Both the position numbers and the translations under genes were made by a program. The notes under the pieces were generated by a model. The model worked only from the letters and a program-made list of their open reading frames with translations. It searched no databases and was not told the DNA's origin. DNA of 63,968 nucleotides, the filler included, from Craspedostauros australis (taxonomy: Eukaryota): assembly GCA_030167865.1 (NCBI GenBank). It is 11 parts of 11 records of this genome, joined end to end, with 100 filler letters (N's around TTAATTAATTAA, not from the genome) between each part and the next. Parts side by side here need not be neighbours in the genome. Positions count along the whole stretch, not along the records: positions 44,039 to 48,471 come from JALAGF010005100.1; positions 48,572 to 54,282 come from JALAGF010005101.1; positions 54,383 to 55,955 come from JALAGF010005102.1; positions 56,056 to 57,348 come from JALAGF010005103.1; 7 more parts are not named here. One strand, 5' to 3'. This document shows, in pieces, positions 47,001 through 57,448 of the stretch (positions within the stretch are counted from its first letter, which is position 1; each line of letters starts with the position of its first letter).

Positions 47001-48471
47001 CTTCCTTGGTGAGGAAGGTGAGGTCGTCAACATTCTCCACTGCTGCGTCGATGATAACACGGCGATGGTCGGAGTCGTCGGAGATACCCACGGCCTTGAG
47101 GACGTGGTTCAGGATGGTGATGGGGTTGTTGGGTTCTGTCATCNNNNNNNNNNNNNNNNNNNNNNNNNNNNNNNNNNNNNNNNNNNNNNNNNNCCTGAGA
47201 CAGTGGGTCAAGACGTAGAAGAGGAAGGTGCGCTGTTTGTCGAACAGCTCAGACTCATCTTGGGTCGGGAGGTACTCAGGGTCTACGACGTTCTTCACAC
47301 CGTGCGCTGCAGCGGTGGCTCGGAGACGTCGGTCGAAGACCATGAACTGATCATCGCTCTTCAGGATCGGGTAGTCGCTGAGGTTCCGCTTGATGCCCTT
47401 GTCGAAGGCAGCGGCTCCATCAGAGACAGGTTCAGGAGGTGGTGGTGGTGTCACCATGGACGACATGGTGGGTTCGGGTGTCGGCATGGAGGCATCCATG
47501 CGCTTCTTGAGTTCAGCTCTCATGAAGGTCTGGAGCCTTGCAGCATTCAGGTCAAGCCAGACGGAGTCGCCGTCGCCAGCTTGCGCGTCATACCACATTG
47601 GGAGTGCGAGGATCTTGCGAATGTGCAATGCGGTCAATCTGCATGAGTACGGGTCTCCCGTGGTGGGAGTGATGTCGCGATGAAGACCGTTGAGGTCTTC
47701 CTTGGTGAGGAAGGTGAGGTCGTCAACGTTCTCCACCGCTGCGTCGATGATAACGCGGCGATGGTCGGAGTCGTCGGAGATACCCACGGCCTTGAGGACG
47801 TGGTTCAGGATGGTGATGGGTTCGGTGGGTTCTGTCATCTTGTTCGGTTCGGTACGGAGAAGCGGATACGCTGTGCTCGGTGTGTTCGGGTGCGCTGCCT
47901 TGGAAGGCTCTTGTTCTTGTTCGGTTCCTGCTTCACGTCGTCACGTGATGCAGTTGGTTCGTTGCTGATGGGATCAGCTCGGTGGGTTGGAGAGGGGTTC
48001 ACTCAGTCAGGTCAGGACGTAGTGTGTGCGACTGTTAATCTGTTATCTCGTAATTGTACACAGCGAAATCACACGAGTCCTTCAAGAGAGATCAAGTCTT
48101 TCAGGACGAGGGTGACGAGCTGTTGGGTGAAGACACTGTTTGGGTTGAGTGACTTCTGGTTCTATGTTATCTTCATTGAGTTGTATCTCATGTTCCTGTC
48201 TTCAAGGTCAGCTCTCAGTCATTGCACCTCTGCGATCTTGTTCTGATGTGGAGATGACCCATGATGTGGCGATGATGTCTTCTGTGTCGGCGTCACTCGT
48301 CACCGTTCCATGGCTCTGTCGATTCCACATTCCATTGATGATGCTTGAGGTTGTCGAGTGTGTTGTCATTTCAGGTTTAGTTGGGAAGTATATCAGGTCG
48401 GATTGGACATCACATGTTTGCCGGGCGATGGCCAGACCGAATCTCTGATGTTCTCTCTAGTGTGTCCCTCT
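44039..48471 (-). mobile_element. Copia (CoDi-like, second lineage): partial 5' LTR, gag, protease, integrase
   Basis: gag from 47838 (FDKGIKRNLSDYP.LK), in-frame TAG at 46336-46338; integrase VAMDTLFSD, LMSDNAKSE, QNAAERRIQ; homologous to 41710-43938; probable LTR end near 48033. Confidence 0.87.
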
Positions 48472-48571
48472 NNNNNNNNNNNNNNNNNNNNNNNNNNNNN
48501 NNNNNNNNNNNNNNNTTAATTAATTAANNNNNNNNNNNNNNNNNNNNNNNNNNNNNNNNNNNNNNNNNNNN

Positions 48572-50750
48572 AAATCAGGGCCATGGTACTACCAAGACCC
48601 CGAACATTTGATGAACCAAGGGTACCTTCCACCCAAATCTGCGTACAACGCAGAAGCGTTCGTCCAAAGGACTCGCTCCGTGTGGAATGCGATGATCGAA
48701 AATCATCATTACCGTCTCGCATTCGAGCTACTCCGTCGCCAAGTGACGACGATCCGACCAGGACCGTGGCCANNNNNNNNNNNNNNNNNNNNNNNNNNNN
48801 NNNNNNNNNNNNNNNNNNNNNNCGAATACGAGATTGAGCAATTCGTCCAAGGCATGATTGAGTCGAACACGGCGCCACTCACTTCGGCCCCAGCGACTCG
48901 CTCTGCCAACCAAGGATCCATGCTCGACATCGACTCGTCATCCACGCTCGACATCAACCCGTCGTTCATCCTCGACACAGCGAAGTGCATTCCACCAACN
49001 ACATGGNCGAACATCGAACAGCATGCCTACTCTGTCGCAATCATCGAGCCACAGAAGGATGCAACAAACTACCCCACCTACGTCGATAATCGCATGATCA
49101 GCTACTTTGCCGCAGGTGGCGACTTGGAGATCGCCGAACGCACCTCGATATACAAGGCATCCAACACCCGATCCGGACACCCTTTCCTTCGACGAAGCCA
49201 TTCGCGACGACAACAAAGACGAGTGGATGCAAGCCGCCGAAAAGGAGATTCGAGATCCCACGGAAAAGGGCACGTGGGAGGAAGTGAAGAAGATCGACAT
49301 CGTCAACGATCGCATCTTTCCAGGAACCTGGGTCTTTCGCCGCAAGCGCCTCCCCGACGGAACCATCAAGAAGTACAAGGGACGCTGGTGTTGCTGTGGA
49401 GACCTCATTCCAGAGGACGCCTCCACCTACGCACCAGTCGTCGCATGGTCATCTGTCCGCATCTTCCTCAGCACTTCCATCGTCATGGGCTGGACAACAA
49501 CGTCCATCGACTTCATGAACGCTTTCGTGCAAGCATCCATCCACAAGCCCGTCTACCTTCATCTCCCTCGCGGATTCAAATCAACGAAGGGTCCCGACAC
49601 CTGCCTCAAGCTCCGCAAGAGCCTGTACGGCTTGACGATTGCTCCTCGCCTCTGGTATGAACACCTCATCCGAGCTCTCACTACGATCGGCTTCAAGGCC
49701 TGCGACCAAGAGCAGTGCTTGTTCATCAAGCAGGACATCATGATCGTCCTCTACGTTGACGATGCGGGCATCGCCTCCAAGACCAAGCAAGCCGCCGACG
49801 ATTTCATCAAGTCAATGCGCGACCTCGGCTTCAAGCTCACCCAAGAAGGAAGCTTTAACGAGTTCCTGGGAATCGAGCTCAGCCGTGACCCGAAAGCAGA
49901 CACGGTCCATCTCCGCCAGCCAGGATTGATCAAGAAGATCCTCGCCACGACGAAAATGGCGAACTGCAGTCCGTGCCCTGTACCAACTACGCAGCTCGCA
50001 CTCGGACAGTGCAAGCATGAGCCGCCCATGAACGAACCATGGAACTACCGCTCCGTCGTAGGCATGCTGTTGTATCTCACGACCAACACTCGCCCCGACC
50101 TGGCATTCGCAGTCTCCCAAGTCGCTCGCTTCGGAAGTGACCCTCGCCGCTCACACGCCAAGGCCATCAAGCGCATCATGCGCTACCTCAAGCACACTGA
50201 GGACAAGGGCACCATCGTGCGTCCCACCGGGCAGCTTGATCTCAAGTGCTACGTGGATGCAGACTTCGCAGGACTCTACGGACGAGAAGACAGCAAGGAC
50301 CCCGTCTCCGTCAAGTCGCGCACTGGCTACCTCATCACATTGGGAGGGTGCCCCCTCATTTGGAAGTCCAAACTCCAAACTGAGATCGCTCTATCTACGA
50401 TGGAGTCCGAGTACGCCGCTCTCTCTCTCGCAATGCGCACGCTGATTCCCATCCAACAACTCATCCGCCAAGTCATCAACAATGCCGGCACCACCATGCC
50501 GCTGCACACCAACCTCCAGTGCACGGTGTTTGACGACAACCAAGCTTGCATTTCCCTCGCTACCAATCATCAACCAACCGCGCGCACCAAACACTTTCTG
50601 ACTAAGTGGCACTTCTTTTGGTACTGGGTCAAGGCAGGGTTCATCTACATCCAGCACATCGCAACGCCGGAGCAACTGGCCGACATCTTCACCAAAGGAT
50701 TGTCCATCGCAGTCTTCGAATACCTGCGATTCAAGATCATGGGTTGGTAA
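48572..50750 (+). mobile_element. Copia pol fragment: integrase remnant, RT and RNase H
   Basis: GTWVFRRKR..KKYKGRW, DFMNAFVQ, KSLYGL, LYVDD, YVDADFAG, ALSTMESEY, QLADIFTKGL; frameshift near 49169 between YKASNT and DPDTL. Confidence 0.92.
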
Positions 50751-51530
50751 CAACCAACAACAACAAACAACAACGAAGGATGAAGTTTTCATCGATACCA
50801 CAACTCCAATNNNNNNNNNNNNNNNNNNNNNNNNNNNNNNNNNNNNNNNNNNNNNNNNNNNNNNNNNNNNNNNNNNNNNNNNNNNNNNNNNNNNNNNNNN
50901 NNNNNNNNNNNNNNNNNNNNNNNNNNNNNNNNNNNNNNNNNNNNNNNNNNNNNNNNNNNNNNNNNNNNNNNNNNNNNNNNNNNNNNNNNNNNNNNNNNNN
51001 NNNNNNCCTGACTCACACCCCACCTGGGAACTATATGCTCTTCAGATCCTCCTTACTGCAACATACCTCGATTCCTTCATGCTGATGACCACCACACTAC
51101 CACCATGGTCTCAACATGTGTATCCAACTTGCTTCAACTCAAGCAATGGAATCCGAGGGTCAGCTTCAGCCACAGCCACTGCTTCATGACTGTCACAGCT
51201 GATTGTCATGACCTACACTGCAGTGTAACTACATGTGCGGAGAGCAAAGTACTGTATTGATTGTCTACTCTGTTGCACTGAATCAAGTGCATCAGTGCAG
51301 GGTCTTGCCAAGTTGTGTGGCATCGTTTCTTCACCCTACTAACACCAATAAGCTAACTCATAATAACAGACAAGAATTAGCTACAAAGCACTCTACTTCT
51401 CATCGTTACAAGTAATAACTCTTCAATCAGTACACTTCTCTTGAACTGCATCACATGGCTATCCCGAAGCCGGCAGGTTCACGAGGCATTCTCCACCGAT
51501 TCGCGACGCCTACGCCCGAATCCTAACTCA

Positions 51531-52280
51531 TGTTATACCGCAGCTCCCATGGATACTGACTGGAATCACGATGGTATTATGTGCAAAGATACCCATGATT
51601 GCCGCAGCCCCCAATAGTATCTTCCAGACAAACCGCAACACAGCCATCGACCAGTTGCACTCGAACAGCCCAATGGCCTTACCTGTCTTATGCGACCTAA
51701 GCACCCTCATCCAGTGGCCTACTCGGCCATATCCCGATAATTTTCGGGAACCGAGAGATCTATGGCAATAACGATACATCAGCCCATGAGTGAATCGAAT
51801 GAGCGCGACAACCAATACATCTGAACAAGTCGACGCGTCCCAGAGAACCTAAGGTAAAAAAGCGAAACAGAGGCGATCCCTAATCGCCCAAGACCACGAT
51901 CGAGATGACAATAAGTTCCAAGGATTCAAAGGTAACCATCGAGATGACCCAACGAAAGAGATAGAATGACATGAACCGAAGTGGGACCAGTGAGGTGACA
52001 TGAGACCGGAGGCGAGGTACCTGCAGGTCTACAAGTATGAACTTGACGAATGTAGGTGCTCTCCAATATCCAGCTAAGCAGGCGATGAACCACCATGAAC
52101 ACAAGATGAGGATGTAGATGAAAGGAGCCATGCCTGAGAGTGTAACTGTGGGCGGCTACTGCAGATCATGCTTGTTATGGAATTGGAATCGAAAGGAGAT
52201 GAGCATGTTGTGCTCACAGTTCTAAAACGGTACAGACTGATAACAGATTAGTCGACTACTATAACCCCGGATTTCCAACA
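51531..52280. repeat. LTR-like segment (TG...CA), left member of an inverted pair
   Basis: Begins TGTTA and ends ATAACCCCGGATTTCCAACA; its last ~70 bp are mirrored at 52418-52497. Confidence 0.5.
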
Positions 52281-52417
52281 GATGGCAACCAGCCAAATCC
52301 AAATGAGGTGGATCGCAACCACCAAAGGCAACCAACAAACACAGTCACATCAGTGGCTTCATTGTTGTTCGAGGCATTGCTTCACACCTCAAGTTGGTGC
52401 ATGCAATGGTACACAGA

Positions 52418-53038
52418 TGTTGGAAATCCGGGGTTATAGTTAGTACTAGATTCTAATCTGCTGTTAGAAACTGTACCGTTTTAGAACTGTGTGCACAATC
52501 TCACTTTCTCTTCCGATTTCGTCTTCATGGCAGGCATCTGTCGCGGTGGCGACACGGGGCATCCTGTTGTCTCTTAGGTGCTTCTCTCTTCATTCATCAT
52601 GCTCTGTTCTTGCTTCCTTGTCTCTGCATCATCGTAGCTGTCTACGCTTGCATGGTAGGGATCTGTAGTCTTGAGCTCTTGTCTATCTCATGTTTCCGTC
52701 GTTGATCTCATGACTCCATCGTCTCATGGTCGATGTCACCTTTGGTGATGTTCCAAACCTGCGGTTNNNNNNNNNNNNNNNNNNNNNNNNNNNNNNNNNN
52801 NNNNNNNNNNNNNNNNNNNNNNNNNNNNNNNNNNNNNNNNNNNNNNNNNNNNNNNNNNNNNNNNNNNNNNNNNNNNNNNNNNNNNNNNNNNNNNNNNNNN
52901 NNNNNNNNNNNNNNNNNNNNNNNNNNNNNNNNNNNNNNNNNNNNNNNNNNNNNNNNNNNNNNNNNNNNNNNNNNAGGTATCAATCGCGTCCGTACCCTTA
53001 GTCATAGTCACATTGACCTGGCATATAAAGGTGTGACA
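52418..53038. repeat. LTR-like segment (TG...CA), right member of an inverted pair
   Basis: Begins TGTTGGAAATCCGGGGTTATAG (reverse complement of 52259-52280) and plausibly ends GTGTGACA; internal gap. Confidence 0.45.
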
Positions 53039-53532
53039 AATAGTCTCAGAACATGTGATGAATAATATTCAAAGCTGTGACGAACAATGTTGGGAGGTGC
53101 GGCAATCACGGGTATTCCGACAAAGTCGTACCCTCGATTCCTAACACACAGACGAGGGCCAGCAGTCTTACAGATGCCACGATGACGCAAGCAAGTGTGG
53201 GCCATGGTGCACATGGCGCACATGGTGGTGGTGGCGATGACATCTCCCTCTCTCTCTCTCTGTCTCCGCAGACTTTCGCGTTGCTGGCTTCGAATTGATG
53301 TGATGTTGGTTGTGGCTGGAGCCGAGTTGTCGGAGGCAGACTCAAGCCACAAGATCGTTCAGACCAATGAAAACACTCAAATCATCTGCGTGTCGCGATG
53401 AACGATCTCTCCCATTCGTTGTGCTTCGACAGATGTCCAAACAGTCATTGATCTTTTCGATGATCTTCATCGTAGTCGCATCAGTCGAAGATTCTCATTT
53501 CAACGATGTCGCACAAACCAGAACCAGAGAGG

Positions 53533-53795
53533 ACCATGCGACCAAGGGAAGGAGAACCATGCGATCAAGAGAAGGAGAGGACCATGCGATCAAGGGAAGG
53601 GGAGGACCATGCGATCAAGGGAAGGGGAGGACCATGCGATCAAGGGAAGGAGAGAACCATGCGATCAAGAGAAGGAGAGGACCATGCGATCAAGAGAAGG
53701 AGAGGACCATGCGATCAAGGGAAGGAGAGGACCATGCGATCAAGGGAAGGAGAGGACCATGCGATCAAGGGAAGGAGAGGACCACGCGATCAAGA
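53533..53795 (+). repeat. 25-bp minisatellite, 11 copies (ACCATGCGATCAAGGGAAGGAGAGG)
   Basis: Units start at 53533, 53556, 53581 and then every 25 bp to 53781; head-to-tail with no spacers. Confidence 0.95.
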
Positions 53796-54037
53796 CAATG
53801 ACACACACCACTCAACCCCATACTCGAGCACATCAACGGCAGACATCGAATTGCCACTCATACTCATCACACAGCGTATGGTACTCATAATAATACAAGC
53901 TATTGAAGACGCACCATCGATATCTCTGCCAAGGGTAACTCGAGCTACACTCTTCCTCGACAGCCAATCCGTCGCCAATCGTCCAACGTTCAACGTCCAA
54001 CGTCAATCGTCCAGCAACCATCCACTATCCTCTCAAA

Positions 54038-54282
54038 ATGCCGAATGTTACAATCGATGAACTCATTGATGCTTCCTTCATAGGCAACTTGTCGGTGTTG
54101 AAAGAATGGAAGAAGCAGAACCAGACGCAGAATGAAGGAGTTGACATCAACTGCAAATACATCCTTGGTGCCACTCTCCTTCATGTGGCATGCTTGACCG
54201 GCCAGCTGGAGTGTGTGAAGTACCTCATCGAATCATGCAGGGCTGACATCAACTGCAAAGACGACAATGGTTCCACTCCCCT
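54038..54282 (+). CDS. Ankyrin-repeat protein, 5' fragment (cut by scaffold end)
   Basis: GATLLHVACLTGQLECVKYLIESCRADINCKDDNGSTP. Confidence 0.85.
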
Positions 54283-54382
54283 NNNNNNNNNNNNNNNNNN
54301 NNNNNNNNNNNNNNNNNNNNNNNNNNTTAATTAATTAANNNNNNNNNNNNNNNNNNNNNNNNNNNNNNNNNNNNNNNNNNNN

Positions 54383-55955
54383 TCGCATAGGGTAGGTGAT
54401 CACTGCCCGCATGAGTTGTGTGGTTCTGGCAAGGGTCTGTTTGATCACGTGCGTGGGCAGGTACCCAAGGTACGGTCGGATCTTGTGGAGATCGATGGAC
54501 TTCCATTTAGCTCGGAAAGGAAAACCTTGGTGGCTGTACTCGGTCATAGCTTCCGCAGGGTGTCGGTCCATGGTGTCCATGGGATTGTCCTTTCCCGGAT
54601 CATCAATCNNNNNNNNNNNNNNNNNNNNNNNNNNNNNNNNNNNNNNNNNNNNNNNNNNGTCCATGGTGTCCATGGGATTGTCCTTTCCCGGATCATCAAT
54701 CCCGACGGGGTTCTCGCTTTTGGTGTGCCCGTGGTATCCAGGGGCGCTTCGCGGGTCTCCCCGGAGGGTGTCAACACGTGTTGCCTTGGTCACGCCGATT
54801 TCGTTGGGGATGCAAAATGTTTCCCGATTTCTCTGGAACGCCGGTTCAGATCCTACCGAGTGTAAGGATGAGATGACGCTGTCTGCCTCGTCATCCGGGT
54901 CTGATACCTTTGTTGATGGAACGTTGGTTGACTCGGTGTATCCCTTTTGGTCCGTCCCTACCGCGTTGGCCTCGCGATCGATGCCCAGCTCCCTGTATAG
55001 GTGGTCGATGTCTCCCGCGGAGAGATTGTCCACCATGTCGAAAAGGGTGCCTTGGATCGAGATGGCCGTGTCAGTAGCCGATTTCGCGAACGTTACCGTG
55101 TCAATTGCATGTGACATTCCGATGAGCTCCTCAAGACTTAGAGTGTCAAGGAATGCGTCCACCTTGGGGTACTCCTCGTGTACGCGGTTGGGGTCTCCTG
55201 TGGCGTGCTCATCTGGGTGACGGGCGTTGGGGTCCATGGGTTCTCGTCCCTCCATGGGATTATCCGGGATACCGTCCTTGGCCTGGCATGTCCCGGGTTC
55301 CATGGGATCCTTCGATGCGTTGTGGGCGCTTGAATCCATCGCTCCAGCTTCATGCGGTGCATCAGGTTGGTCGTTCCAGTCGACTACCTTGTCTCCTCCG
55401 ATTGGGTCCCTGGTAAGGTAGCAACCCATGGGCACGTTGCATACGTGTCCTCCTTGGTGATCCGAAGGGTTCCATCCTTGTTTTGGGGTGATGTCATAGG
55501 TGGGCAGATCTTCATCGTCCTCCATGATGGGGAAGACGTCGAACGTCATCAGCGCGTCTCGCATCTCCAAGTTGATCGTCGTGTCTTCGTCGGGCATTAG
55601 GCATTGTCGGCCTGTGCCTGGTGTCGCGAACGATGCCCGGTGTTCCGACGAAACCGTATCGAGGACGGCTCCACTAGCCCGAATTTGGTGGTCGGATAGC
55701 AGCGTCACCCGACTGTCGACGTTCAGAGCGGCTTCGTAGATCCGGAGGATCACNNNNNNNNNNNNNNNNNNNNNNNNNNNNNNNNATACTTGCGTCTACC
55801 ACCGCGAGGTTGTTCTTCCTCATCGTGCTGGCCACGGCACCGACGATGTTGTACGTCCGGTGCGGGTAGACGTAGTCAATCTTCCAGACCCGGTCCTTGT
55901 TCCCGATAACGCAGCATTGTGCGCCTCCGTCGCATACCGCGTATGTTTGCGGAGA
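54383..55955 (-). mobile_element. Divergent CoDi-like Copia pol fragment (protease to pre-integrase region)
   Basis: YAVCDGGAQCCVIG protease-like site; TLLSDHQIR..G..LD; IRPYLGYLPTHVIKQTLARTTQ matches LRPYFGWIPARRVQDTLKCTSQ of the 44-48 kb element. Confidence 0.75.
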
Positions 55956-56406
55956 NNNNNNNNNNNNNNNNNNNNNNNNNNNNNNNNNNNNNNNNNNNNT
56001 TAATTAATTAANNNNNNNNNNNNNNNNNNNNNNNNNNNNNNNNNNNNNNNNNNNNCACACACACACACACTGCCACTATGCACACGATAACACAGTATGC
56101 CACATGTGACTATGACACTGCACACCATGACACATAATATCACACAAGAATATATGGGATACAACATGCTCAACTGTGTTGACATGACAGTGCATGGATA
56201 CAGGTCAGTAGCTGTGATCACCAGTCTTCGATTGAGTTGAAATGTCACTTTTTGAAATAACACGGTTGTTACCCTAAGGTTACAGGTTACTGTAAACCCT
56301 NNNNNNNNNNNNNNNNNNNNNNNNNNNNNNNNNNNNNNNNNNNNNNNNNNAGCCATAATAGTGTCCGCAGGTGCAATCAATCAAACCCTAATGTACGAGG
56401 ATTTAA

Positions 56407-56747
56407 CACGGTGTCGTACGACGGCCAGACCGAAGTTTGGGTCGGTTGACGGACGACGTACAGACGTTTGTATAGGCACGCAATACACACGGTCGAAGGA
56501 CGGACGTTTTTGTATGGAAAATGTTCATGTTCCGCAACTCCACGTACGACGGTCAGACCGATGTTTGGGTCAGTTGACGGTCGACTTACAGACGTTTGTA
56601 TGGGCACGCATACACGTACGGTCGACGCACAGACGTAAATGTATGGAAAATGTCGATGATCCGCAACTCCCTGAAAGTGCGGACGAATGTTCATCATCCG
56701 CAACTCCCAAACAACACGAGATGCTACGAGCCACACGATACACCGTG
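56407..56747. mobile_element. Putative non-autonomous TTAA-targeting DNA transposon (piggyBac-type MITE), 341 bp
   Basis: TTAA|CACGGTGT ... ACACCGTG|TTAA; interior is two diverged ~127-bp direct repeats (56416-56541, 56544-56670); no convincing ORF. Confidence 0.55.
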
Positions 56748-57080
56748 TTAAACATGTACACCACGCTACACCATGATGAACACATGTTCACGTTCATCTA
56801 TGTGTACACACACATGCAACGTGTCCATACGTACGCATCAACATCTCTACCATGTTCAACGGACCACTACAATGTGAGATATTGATGATCAAAGTACTCA
56901 ACATCAACCAGTACTTGCAATACACAGTCTCATGTACATGTAAGCACACACACGTGCAGCATGACCATACGCACGTGTGACAACAAGAACCACACTCTGA
57001 ATCAACGTGGTGATGGAGATAGTGATGCATGAGTACAACACAAACAACATGTGATAACACGTGCAACCACGTTAATGTGA

Positions 57081-57140
57081 GATGAACATCGTCAATGGCA
57101 GATGAACATCGTCAATGGCAGATGAACATTGTCAATGGCA
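57081..57140 (+). repeat. 20-bp tandem repeat x3 (GATGAACATCGTCAATGGCA)
   Basis: Three near-identical consecutive units. Confidence 0.9.
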
Positions 57141-57180
57141 AATGAACTATCTGTCAACATCGAATGAACTATTGTTAACA

Positions 57181-57348
57181 CATTCCAACTACAGGAGGAT
57201 GGCACAAGTCCCATGAAATGGCTGACTTGTGGGGGAGGAGGGGGAACTACACCATTCCAACTACAGGAGGATGGCACAAGTCCCATGAAATGGCTGACTT
57301 GTGGGGGAGGAGGGGGAAGTCAACACCATTCCAACTACTGGAGGATGG
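57181..57348 (+). repeat. 72-74 bp tandem repeat, at least 2.3 copies, running into the gap
   Basis: Unit CATTCCAACTACAGGAGGATGG...GGGGGAGGAGGGGGAA restarts at 57253 and 57327. Confidence 0.88.
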
Positions 57349-57448
57349 NNNNNNNNNNNNNNNNNNNNNNNNNNNNNNNNNNNNNNNNNNNNTTAATTAA
57401 TTAANNNNNNNNNNNNNNNNNNNNNNNNNNNNNNNNNNNNNNNNNNNN

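Noticed and set aside
46494..47838. Tandemly duplicated Gag N-terminal domain
   Set aside because: The two copies abut an N gap. The same pattern recurs at 10847/10883, 54569/54659, 57449/57787 and 60849/60978, indicating scaffolding of different repeat copies.
51456..51473. Possible tRNA primer-binding site TGGCTATCCCGAAGCCGG after ...ATCACA
   Set aside because: No recognisable tRNA 3' end, no gag follows, and the LTR boundary cannot be fixed because of the gap.
53533..53795. CRISPR-like array or repeat protein ORFs
   Set aside because: Units are head-to-tail with no unique spacers, there are no cas genes, and the context is eukaryotic; the ORFs are by-products of a stop-free 25-mer.
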